In this document: in pieces, positions 56,252-64,000 of the stretch
How positions within the stretch are numbered: the first letter of the stretch is position 1
How the letters are laid out: each line of letters opens with the position of its first letter
Source: a bacterium
Lineage (GTDB): Bacteria; Patescibacteriota; Minisyncoccia; UBA6257; WO2-44-18
Assembly (NCBI GenBank): GCA_023244815.1
Contig: JAHFLQ010000001.1
Location: 31,037-95,036 of the forward strand
Reading direction: 5' to 3'
DNA: 64,000 nt
Translations under genes and position numbers: made by a program
The notes under the pieces: generated by a model
What the model was told of the DNA's origin: nothing
Database searches by the model: none
The model's input: the letters and a program-made list of their open reading frames with translations, nothing else

Positions 56252-56307
56252 TTTTTATTTATTGGAATTAATCGACCTTGGTACATCTATTATTGTAGCA
56301 CAGCAGA

Positions 56308-56682
56308 TTAAACCCCGACTAATCTCTGGATAAGAGCGATAATTACCCGGAAGAGCAACATGATCGCGAGTCCGATGACGGTGTAGAAAATAGTTTTTTT
56401 ACCTCTTGCTACCTTCTCTTCATTTCCGGCGGAGGTGAGAATTTGAAAAGCCCCGAAGATTACCATAATGGTGGCTATTGCCACCGAAATGGTCAAAAGA
56501 AACCCGACTATATTATCAAGAAGTTCGGTTATGTTTGAAACACAGAGTGGATTTGGGAGACTTAACGGATCCGTACCTTGTTTGCCGCATCCTCCTGAGG
56601 GAGGGTTAGAGCCAATACCCGTTTGAGCTAGGGCTATGTTAGTAATAGCAAACGAGAAAATAGTCAACAATATTTTTTTCAT
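56308..56682 (-). CDS. pilin-like small membrane protein, paralog 2 of 3
   Basis: Signal peptide, a Cys-pair variable region (GGCGKQG...LCVSN), TM1, the LTSAGNEEKVARGKK loop, then TM2. Confidence 0.5.
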   Translation of the reverse strand: MKKILLTIFSFAITNIALAQTGIGSNPPSGGCGKQGTDPLSLPNPLCVSNITELLDNIVGFLLTISVAIATIMVIFGAFQILTSAGNEEKVARGKKTIFYTVIGLAIMLLFRVIIALIQRLVGV

Positions 56683-56684
56683 GT

Positions 56685-57086
<402 letters not shown>

Positions 57087-57124
57087 GGTTTTATTCTAGA
57101 TTCTATTTTCTAGCTTCTAAATTT

Positions 57125-58414
57125 TTATCTTGCCCGTCTTTGCATCAAATCCGTGACCTTGCTGGCAGCTTCGGAGAGGGCGCGGTTGGCAGGCAGGCGG
57201 TTGGCGATCACATTCGCGATCATACCGGAGAAAATACTGTCCACAGCGGCATTATCCACTTCCGGCCAGGAGCGAGCCGTCAAGGCTTGGTTGGCGAAGA
57301 TGCCAAGGTCCGGTTGGGTGGCGGCATATTGGGAGATTAGGCTACGCAAAGCTGGCGGCCGTCCGGAAAGTTCAAGATATTTTTTCGAAGCGTCGGCGTT
57401 GGTAGTCATATATAAGATGAAATCCTGGGCGAGCGCCTGATTTTGGGTTTTGTTGGAAACGGCGAGTCCCCAGTAGTTAGCAAAGTTTACGTCCTGTTGG
57501 CGGCTCTCCGGCTGGAGCATTGGCGCCACGCGGAATTTCAGAAAAGGACTTTTCTCTTTCAAAAATCCAATTTGATGCGAGTAGTTAAACATTATCGCTG
57601 TCTCGCCGGCGGCGAAACTATCCAACGAATACGGGAGTGACTCATTCCAGGTGTAGAGAGGATCGCGGGAGTTTGCAAACGAAGTGTAGAAATTCAGCGC
57701 CCGCTCGCCCTGACTGGAATCAAACGTAGCGGCGGAGAAATCGCTGGCCACCATTTCCGTGCCTGACTGGAGCATTAAGAGATTCAAAATGTCGGTGGCG
57801 CGATTGATGCTTTTATTGGATCCGCCAAGCGCCGCCGCGGCCTTCGTGATGCGGCCGAATTTATCTACCTCGCGGATTTTTGGCACGATTTTGGCGAACT
57901 CCTCCCAGGTTTTCGGCGGAAGCGCGATCCCTTTGTTGTCGAAAATATCCTGATTGTAAAACATTGCCAGCGTGTCTATATAAAGCGGCAGAGCGTAGAC
58001 TGCGTTATCCGGCGCGAAATCTTGCTGGGCGACGGTCGGGAAAAGGTTTTTGAAACTGGCGAGCGACATCGCGTCCGCGCTGATCGGGAAAATTTTGTTG
58101 ACGTGTTTGGGCAGCCAGGTGTTGTGGAACATAAACATGTCCGGCGGGTTGGTGCCGGCGAGCGAATCTACCAGTTTTTGCTCGTAGGTATCGCTATCCA
58201 CTTCTGTGTAAGTTATTTCTATTTTGGCTTTCGGATGAAGCGCTTTATAACTATCGATCAGCGGCTGCATCGTCGCCGAGTCGTCAAAGACGCCCCAAAA
58301 ACTCAAATTCCCGGAAAGCTGAGTCCCCGATTTCTGCGTTCCAAAAATAAACAACGCCACAACGCCGGCAATTACCACCGCTGCCAATATCAAAATAATC
58401 AATCTATTGCTCAC
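57125..58414 (-). CDS. extracellular solute-binding protein (ABC transporter SBP family 1), TM-anchored
   Basis: N-terminal TM anchor, then a family-1 sugar-type SBP fold (pattern of W/Y/F residues; TWLPKHV...). No permease or ATPase genes are adjacent. Confidence 0.6.
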   Translation of the reverse strand: MSNRLIILILAAVVIAGVVALFIFGTQKSGTQLSGNLSFWGVFDDSATMQPLIDSYKALHPKAKIEITYTEVDSDTYEQKLVDSLAGTNPPDMFMFHNTWLPKHVNKIFPISADAMSLASFKNLFPTVAQQDFAPDNAVYALPLYIDTLAMFYNQDIFDNKGIALPPKTWEEFAKIVPKIREVDKFGRITKAAAALGGSNKSINRATDILNLLMLQSGTEMVASDFSAATFDSSQGERALNFYTSFANSRDPLYTWNESLPYSLDSFAAGETAIMFNYSHQIGFLKEKSPFLKFRVAPMLQPESRQQDVNFANYWGLAVSNKTQNQALAQDFILYMTTNADASKKYLELSGRPPALRSLISQYAATQPDLGIFANQALTARSWPEVDNAAVDSIFSGMIANVIANRLPANRALSEAASKVTDLMQRRAR

Positions 58415-58445
58415 AGATTTATTTTAGCACATTCGAGAGGGCGAA

Positions 58446-60929
58446 TTAGAGGCAGATTATTCCGGCAACTTTGTCGCCGGGGTTTAAGGTCATAATGCGG
58501 ACGCCCTGGGTGGCGCGGCTGGCGATTCTAACAGTGGCAATTTTAGTTCGGATCACTTGTCCTTTGGCGGAAAGGGCAAGCAACTCTTCTTCGGCGTCCA
58601 CGATATGTGCGGCGACGAGCTGGCCGGTTTTGGCGGTAATTTTCGCGGTCTTTACGCCGGAGCCGCCGCGTCCCTGCGTTTTATATTGCGTGATTGGCGT
58701 CTGCTTGCCATAGCCGTTGGCCATCACCACCAACAGGCGGGCGTTCTTCAAACCTTTGGGTACGAGATCCATCGAGCTGACCTGGTCGCCCCCCTTCAGG
58801 CGGATGGCGTGCACGCCGGCGGCCACGCGCCCCATGGTGCGGACGGCTTTCTCGCGGAAACGGATGGACTGGCCTTTGGCGGTCGTGACGATCACATCGT
58901 CATCTCCGGAGGAGAGGCGCACCCAGTTCAGCTGGTCGCCCTTCTTCAGGCCGATGGCGATGATGCCGGTGCGGCGGACGTTGCCGAATTCTTTGAGCGA
59001 AGTTTTCTTCACGAGGCCGTTTTTGGTCACCATCGTCAGGTTGCCGTCGCTCGCTTTTTCGTAGGTGATCATCGCGCTGATCTTTTCTTCCGTCGGGACT
59101 TCGAGGAAGTTGTGGATCGGTTTGCCCTTGGAGGTGCGGGTGCCGGCGGGAATTTCGTAAACTTTGGTCTGGAAGACGCGGCCGCGATCGGTGAAGAAGA
59201 GAACATTGTCGTGCGTGTTGGCCGCCATAAAGTTGATCAGGAAATCTTCTTCGTTGACGTCCGAGCCGATCAAACCTTTACCGCCGCGTCCCTGCGTTTT
59301 GAAAGAAGTCGGCGGGACGCGTTTGATGTAGCCGCCCTGCGAGAGGGTGATGATCGTCTCTTCCTGCGGAATCAGGTCTTCTTCTTTGAACTCGGAGAGT
59401 CCGCTTGCGACCACTTTCGTGCGCCGATCGCCCTTATATTTTTCTTTCAACTCGGAAATTTCGTTTTTGATAACCTGCAGGATTTTAGCCGGGCTCTTTA
59501 ACAAAAGTGTCAGCTCGGCGATGATTTTTTGTTTTTCTTTCAGTTCATTTTCTATCTTTTCACGCTCCAAGTTGGCGAGTGTCTGAAGTTTCATTTCCAA
59601 AATAGCGTCGGTCTGGCGTTCGGAGAACTTGAAATTCTTCATCAAATTCACTTTGGCGTCGTCGCGATCCCTGGACTTCTTAATGGTAGAGATCACCTTA
59701 TCTATAATAGAAAGCGCTTTGGAGAGACCCGTCAGGATATGCGCGCGTTCTTCGGCTTTCTTCAGATCAAACTGGGCGCGGCGGCGGACGACTTCATTTC
59801 GGTGCGCGAGAAACGCCGCCAGCACATCCTTGATGGACATTACTTCCGGCTGGAGGCCGCCGGCGAGCGCAAGCATGTTTAAGTTAAAATTCTTCTGGAG
59901 ATCGGTGTATTGGTAGAGCTGGTTCAGTACTTTCTGCGGCGTGGCGTTGGATTTCATTTCAATGATAATACTGATACCTTCCTTGCCCGATTCGTCACGC
60001 ACGTCGCGGATGCCTTCAATTTTTTTCTCGGTGACCAGTTCGGCAATTTTGATAATCAACTCGGATTTATTCACCTGATAGGGGATGGAGGAAATTTCAA
60101 TGTAGTAATCGTGCTTGCTTTCGCCCTTCCCTTCCTTGATCTCGGCGGTGCCGCGAGTGGTAATCGTGCCGTGGCCGGAAACATAGGCTTCGGTAATCGC
60201 TTTTTTGTCATAAATAACGCCGCCAGTCGGGAAATCCGGACCTTTCACGAATTCCATCAGATCGTGCGTCGTGGCTTTCGGATTATCCGCCAAATGCAAA
60301 ATCGCGTCGGAGACTTCGCCAAGATTATGCGGCGGGATGCTGGTGGCCATGCCGACGGCGATGCCCACCGCTCCGTTCAATAATAAATTAGGGAGTTTTG
60401 CGGGCAGGACTTTCGGTTCCTGGCGAGTGCCGTCATAGTTGGGATTCCAGTCCACCGTTTCTTTATCGATATCTTCGAGCATTTCCTCGGCGATACGCGA
60501 GAGGCGGGCTTCGGTGTAGCGGTAAGCGGCGGCAGAGTCGCCGTCGATCGAGCCGAAGTTTCCTTGTCCCTCCACCAGCGGATAGCGGAGCGAGAATTCC
60601 TGCGCCATGCGGACGAGGGCGTCGTAGACCGCCATATCTCCGTGCGGGTGGTATTTACCAAGCACATCGCCGATGACGGTGGCAGACTTCCGGAATTTGG
60701 CGCCGTGGGTCAGGCCGGCTTCCCACATTGTCCAGAGAATGCGGCGGTGCACCGGCTTCATACCGTCGCGCACATCCGGCAGGGCGCGGCTGACGATGAC
60801 CGACATCGCATAATCCAAATAAGACTCCTGGAGCTCGGTGGAAATTTCTCGGTTCTCAACATTCACCCGTGGCGCGGCGGCCTTCGGCTCCTCTTCCTTT
60901 TTACCTTTTGGTTCTTTTTTCTTTGCCAT
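58446..60929 (-). CDS. gyrA: DNA gyrase subunit A
   Basis: [26 protein letters not shown] and the active-site Tyr region, plus a C-terminal beta-pinwheel with GyrA-box. 827 aa. Confidence 0.95.
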   Translation of the reverse strand: MAKKKEPKGKKEEEPKAAAPRVNVENREISTELQESYLDYAMSVIVSRALPDVRDGMKPVHRRILWTMWEAGLTHGAKFRKSATVIGDVLGKYHPHGDMAVYDALVRMAQEFSLRYPLVEGQGNFGSIDGDSAAAYRYTEARLSRIAEEMLEDIDKETVDWNPNYDGTRQEPKVLPAKLPNLLLNGAVGIAVGMATSIPPHNLGEVSDAILHLADNPKATTHDLMEFVKGPDFPTGGVIYDKKAITEAYVSGHGTITTRGTAEIKEGKGESKHDYYIEISSIPYQVNKSELIIKIAELVTEKKIEGIRDVRDESGKEGISIIIEMKSNATPQKVLNQLYQYTDLQKNFNLNMLALAGGLQPEVMSIKDVLAAFLAHRNEVVRRRAQFDLKKAEERAHILTGLSKALSIIDKVISTIKKSRDRDDAKVNLMKNFKFSERQTDAILEMKLQTLANLEREKIENELKEKQKIIAELTLLLKSPAKILQVIKNEISELKEKYKGDRRTKVVASGLSEFKEEDLIPQEETIITLSQGGYIKRVPPTSFKTQGRGGKGLIGSDVNEEDFLINFMAANTHDNVLFFTDRGRVFQTKVYEIPAGTRTSKGKPIHNFLEVPTEEKISAMITYEKASDGNLTMVTKNGLVKKTSLKEFGNVRRTGIIAIGLKKGDQLNWVRLSSGDDDVIVTTAKGQSIRFREKAVRTMGRVAAGVHAIRLKGGDQVSSMDLVPKGLKNARLLVVMANGYGKQTPITQYKTQGRGGSGVKTAKITAKTGQLVAAHIVDAEEELLALSAKGQVIRTKIATVRIASRATQGVRIMTLNPGDKVAGIICL

Positions 60930-61184
60930 TTACCCCGTTAGATAGTTATTTAATCGACTCTTGATGTATCGTTTGCCCCAAGCGGTTTTTAGATATTTCT
61001 CGCGATGTGTTGCGTCCTGCTGATTCGCGCACGCTTCGAAATAAACGAGCTTAACGGGCAAACGATTCTTCGTGGACACAACCATACCATTGTTATGCAA
61101 ATTCAGAAGTTGTTTAAGATCGTGCGTGTAGCCGGTATAAAACTGGCGATCTTTCTTACTTTGTAGAATATATGTGTAATGCAT
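60930..61184 (-). CDS. GIY-YIG nuclease superfamily protein (YhbQ/UPF0213-like, 84 aa)
   Basis: MHYTYILQSKKDRQFYTGYTHDLKQLLNLHNNG...LVYFEA carries the GIY-YIG signature. The stop codon directly abuts the gyrA ATG. The CDS lies inside a repeat-family element. Confidence 0.7.
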   Translation of the reverse strand: MHYTYILQSKKDRQFYTGYTHDLKQLLNLHNNGMVVSTKNRLPVKLVYFEACANQQDATHREKYLKTAWGKRYIKSRLNNYLTG

Positions 61185-61200
61185 AGTATCTAACGGGGTG
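60933..61200. mobile_element. repeat-family element carrying the GIY-YIG gene (candidate autonomous or cargo-carrying copy)
   Basis: Left end TTACCCCGTTAGATAG (60933-60948) and right end ATCTAACGGGGTG (61188-61200) match the termini of elements A and B. The left terminus encodes the last codons of the GIY-YIG gene (Y-L-T-G-stop). Confidence 0.4.
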
Positions 61201-61203
61201 AAT

Positions 61204-61569
61204 CTAGTGAAGTTTCGTCGGTGAAATTGGTGCCAGTCCTTCCAGCACGAAATTCTGCTCTGAGTTTTCAATAACGATGTTATTTTGAGTGGAAATTTTC
61301 GCGTTAATTAACGCCGCCACCTTATCATAAATGATTTTCGCTCCAGCGCTGAAGATCGCGAAAAATCCTGTAGTATTATTTTCGGCATTTTCCACCGCCA
61401 CGACGTCTGAAGGGGGAGTAACCGTCGCTACAGTCAGCTTCATATATGTAAGCCAGAGCGCGACTACAACGACCATCGAGAGCCCGCTCAAAACTACCAG
61501 CCAGACTTTTTTGGCGGACTCGTCGGAGTTTTGGATTTTGAGGACGAAGTTTTTTACCATTTTTAACAT
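61204..61569 (-). CDS. hypothetical membrane-anchored protein
   Basis: One TM (WLVVLSGLSMVVVVALWL), 121 aa, no domain assignment. Confidence 0.45.
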   Translation of the reverse strand: MLKMVKNFVLKIQNSDESAKKVWLVVLSGLSMVVVVALWLTYMKLTVATVTPPSDVVAVENAENNTTGFFAIFSAGAKIIYDKVAALINAKISTQNNIVIENSEQNFVLEGLAPISPTKLH

Positions 61570-61599
61570 TTGGGCTCGGCAGACTTTATGAATTTTTGG

Positions 61600-62130
61600 T
61601 TAGGGCTTTAACACGACGACTTTCGTGCCCGGCACCAGCTCTTTTTTCTTGACCACCAATTTTTCTTCCGGCTCCGCCTTCTTCTCCACTTCTTCCAAAA
61701 ATGCTTTCAGCTCCGCCGGCTTCATGTATGAAGGGATGACGATTTTCGGCTGGATCTGCTTGATCACTTTCGCGCTCACGCCCGCCGGGACGAAAAGAAT
61801 ATCCACTTCGCCGAGTTTATCCAAAAGCCCCGGCTCCATTTCTTTCATCGGCTCGCCCATAAAAACCAGCCGCATCTCTTCCGTCTTTACCAGGTAGGTG
61901 GCGCTAGCATCTTTATTTCCCCAGCCGGCAATTTCCACTTCCAGCATTTCGTATTCGCCCGGTCCGTAAATATGCCCCGCTTCCGGCGGCCACATTTCTT
62001 TCGCGTCTTTGGAGCGCGCCTCGGTATGCAAAGTAACATCGCCCTTGAAACGCGGCAGGGGATCAGCGGCAATACTCACCTTACCGCTCTGAACCTTAAA
62101 ACACCGCTCCCCGCAGTAGTTGATTACCAT
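61600..62130 (-). CDS. UPF0173-like MBL-fold protein with degenerate metal-binding motif
   Basis: Collinear with UPF0173 metal-dependent hydrolases (MVINYCGERCFKV..., VDILFVPAGV, PKIVIPSY). The HxHxDH block is replaced by HTEARSKD. Confidence 0.5.
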   Translation of the reverse strand: MVINYCGERCFKVQSGKVSIAADPLPRFKGDVTLHTEARSKDAKEMWPPEAGHIYGPGEYEMLEVEIAGWGNKDASATYLVKTEEMRLVFMGEPMKEMEPGLLDKLGEVDILFVPAGVSAKVIKQIQPKIVIPSYMKPAELKAFLEEVEKKAEPEEKLVVKKKELVPGTKVVVLKP

Positions 62131-62197
62131 ACAGGTATTAGTGTAGCGCTATTTTGACTAATTTTCAACGTCTTGCTACTATTAATGCCAATATTCT

Positions 62198-63289
62198 ATG
62201 ACCAGTGGAACGAACAGGGTTAATTCACAGCTCGGGAATCTTTTGAAGACCGGGGCCAATCTGGTTACGATTTTAAAACAAGGGGATTTAGTGGAGGCCA
62301 AATTATTGAAAAGAGCGCCGCGCGCGGTTTATTTTGATCTTGGCAATTTTGGCACCGGCATTGTTTACGGCTATGAGTTGATGAACGGACAGGACGCCAT
62401 CAAGAATCTGGAAGTCGGTGGCGCGACTACCGCGAAAGTAGTGGATCCGGAAAACGCCGAAGGTTATGTGGAGCTCTCGCTTCGCGAAGTCGGCAAGCAA
62501 AAAGCCTGGCAGGAGGTCAAAGAATTGAAAGAAAAAGGCGAAGTGGTCAGCGTGAAAATCACCGGCGCGAACAGCGGCGGCCTGATGACCGACATCAACC
62601 AGCTGAAGGCTTTCCTGCCGGTGTCCCAGCTTTCCACTGATCACTTTCCGAAAGTGGAAGATGGCAACAAGGATAAAATTTCTGAAGAGTTGAAAAAGTT
62701 GATCGGCGCAGAGCTTAAAGTGAAAATCATTGACGTTAATCCCCGCAATTACAAATTAATTTTGTCCGAGCGGGAGAGTGTCAGCGAGAACGTCAAAGAG
62801 CTTTTGAATAAATATAAAGTTGGCGACCTGGTAGACGGCACGATTTCCGGCGTGGCCGATTTCGGCGCCTTCTTCCAGTTTGCCGACAACCCGGCGATCG
62901 AAGGCTTAATCCATATTTCCGAATTGAGCCATCGTCTGATTGAAAATCCGAAAGACGTGGTGAAAATTGGCGACGCGGTGAAGGCGAAAATCGTGGAAAT
63001 CAAAGACGGCCGCGTGTCGCTTTCTATTAAAGTCCTCCAGCCGAATCCGTGGGACAAGGTGGAAGAGCGCTACAAGGCGGGCGAGACTTACAAAGGCACG
63101 GTGATTCGCTTTAATCCGTTCGGCGCCTTCATCGGTTTGGATTCGGAAATTCAGGGCCTCATTCACGTTTCCGAATTCGGCGGCATTGATGAAATGAAAA
63201 AGAAAATCGAGCAGGGCAAGTCCTATGATTTCGTCATTGATTCAATTAAGCCGGCGGAAAAGCGCATCATTCTCAAACTGAAAAAATAA
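62198..63289 (+). CDS. rpsA: 30S ribosomal protein S1 (4 S1 domains)
   Basis: Repeated S1 OB-fold motifs (GDLVEAKLL..., GDLVDGTISGVADFGAFFQF, GDAVKAKIVEI, GETYKGTVIRFNPFGAFI). Confidence 0.85.
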   Translation: MTSGTNRVNSQLGNLLKTGANLVTILKQGDLVEAKLLKRAPRAVYFDLGNFGTGIVYGYELMNGQDAIKNLEVGGATTAKVVDPENAEGYVELSLREVGKQKAWQEVKELKEKGEVVSVKITGANSGGLMTDINQLKAFLPVSQLSTDHFPKVEDGNKDKISEELKKLIGAELKVKIIDVNPRNYKLILSERESVSENVKELLNKYKVGDLVDGTISGVADFGAFFQFADNPAIEGLIHISELSHRLIENPKDVVKIGDAVKAKIVEIKDGRVSLSIKVLQPNPWDKVEERYKAGETYKGTVIRFNPFGAFIGLDSEIQGLIHVSEFGGIDEMKKKIEQGKSYDFVIDSIKPAEKRIILKLKK

Positions 63290-63304
63290 TGTTAAAATAG
63301 AAAA

Positions 63305-63574
63305 ATGTTAACTTCTCGTAAAAAGAAATCAGTCATCAAAGAGCACGGCGAACACGAAACCGATACCGGTTCGGCCGCGGTGCAGATCGGTTTGCTTTCC
63401 AAGTCGATTGAGGAGCTGACCAGCCACCTCAAAAAACACCCGAAGGACAATCATTCCCGACGCGGACTGTTGCAGATGGTCGGCAAGCGCCGCCGCCTGC
63501 TGGTCTATTTGGAAAAGCACGACAACAAAGGCTATAACACGGTGGTGAAGAAGTTGGGACTCAAGAGCCGGTAA
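63305..63574 (+). CDS. rpsO: 30S ribosomal protein S15
   Basis: Typical S15 sequence (GSAAVQIGLLSKSIEELTSHLKKHPKDNHSRRGLLQMVGKRRRLLVYL). Confidence 0.9.
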   Translation: MLTSRKKKSVIKEHGEHETDTGSAAVQIGLLSKSIEELTSHLKKHPKDNHSRRGLLQMVGKRRRLLVYLEKHDNKGYNTVVKKLGLKSR

Positions 63575-63587
63575 TTATTTATTTTAA

Positions 63588-64000
63588 ATGAAAAATAAGG
63601 AACAGCGTGTAGGGATTTTCATAGACGTACAAAATCTCTATCATTCAGCGAAAAATTTATATAAAGCCCGGGTCAATTTTAAAGAACTGGTAAAGTCTTT
63701 GACGGGCGGGCGGAAGCTGATCCGCGCCATTGCTTATGTGGTGAAGGCCGAAGGCGTTGCTACCGAAGGGGAGCCCGCGAGCCACGGTCCCGCCACAGGC
63801 GAAGCGGCTTTTTTTGACGCGCTGAAAAATGCGGGTATTGAGCTCCGGATGAAAGACATTCAGATTTATCCCGGCGGGGCGAAAAAGGCGGATTGGGACG
63901 TCGGCATGGCGGTGGATGCCATTCGGATGTCGAGTTTTCTTGACGTAGTGGTATTGGTAACCGGCGACGGCGATTTTTTGCCGCTAGTGGATTATTTAAA
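63588..64000 (+). CDS. NYN/LabA-like PIN-fold domain protein (partial, runs off window end)
   Basis: GIFIDVQNLYHSAK...DVVVLVTGDGDFLPLV is the NYN domain signature. Truncated by the window edge. Confidence 0.6.
   Translation, partial: MKNKEQRVGIFIDVQNLYHSAKNLYKARVNFKELVKSLTGGRKLIRAIAYVVKAEGVATEGEPASHGPATGEAAFFDALKNAGIELRMKDIQIYPGGAKKADWDVGMAVDAIRMSSFLDVVVLVTGDGDFLPLVDYL

Overview
The window is a gene-dense, about 48% GC bacterial chromosome segment dominated by housekeeping genes, many in shortened forms (IF-2 476 aa, ValRS 720 aa, Rel 558 aa). Together with the very high tRNA density this suggests a reduced CPR/Patescibacteria-like genome, which is inference from composition only. Recognisable genes: clpP, tyrS, ftsH, recG, tsaD, a GDH-family dehydrogenase, valS, a PrsW-like protease, hsp20, a patatin-like lipase, recO, glyQS, an M16 peptidase, an AI-2E transporter, metG, tatD, leuS, glmS, htrA, rplS, a GT1 glycosyltransferase, rluD-like, gmhB-like, parB, rel, a tentative DUF2419/Qng1-like gene, topA, dprA, a 3D-domain protein, rbfA, infB, xerC/D, gpmI, an ABC solute-binding protein, gyrA, a small GIY-YIG nuclease, rpsA, rpsO and an NYN-domain protein. 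Eleven tRNAs were found by hand folding, including an unusual tRNA-Ile with anticodon UAU. No rRNA or CRISPR array is present. Notable non-standard content: (1) a dispersed palindromic repeat family with CCCCGTTAGAT termini (at least 8 copies), one copy carrying the GIY-YIG gene abutting the gyrA start; (2) a tmRNA-like 5' tRNA-like domain next to tRNA-Gly with a permuted-looking 11-bp inverted repeat; (3) tRNA-Ile(GAU) nested between pseudo-copies of its own 5' half and 3' end; (4) a GC-richer island next to tRNA-Leu(UAG) carrying a tandemly duplicated SPFH + small membrane-protein module; (5) three tandem divergent VirB2/TrbC-like pilin-type genes, one with a 4x heptanucleotide repeat in its signal peptide; (6) several strong palindromes upstream of parB, glmS and the island operon. 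All calls come from reading the sequence and motif memory; no database searches were run.
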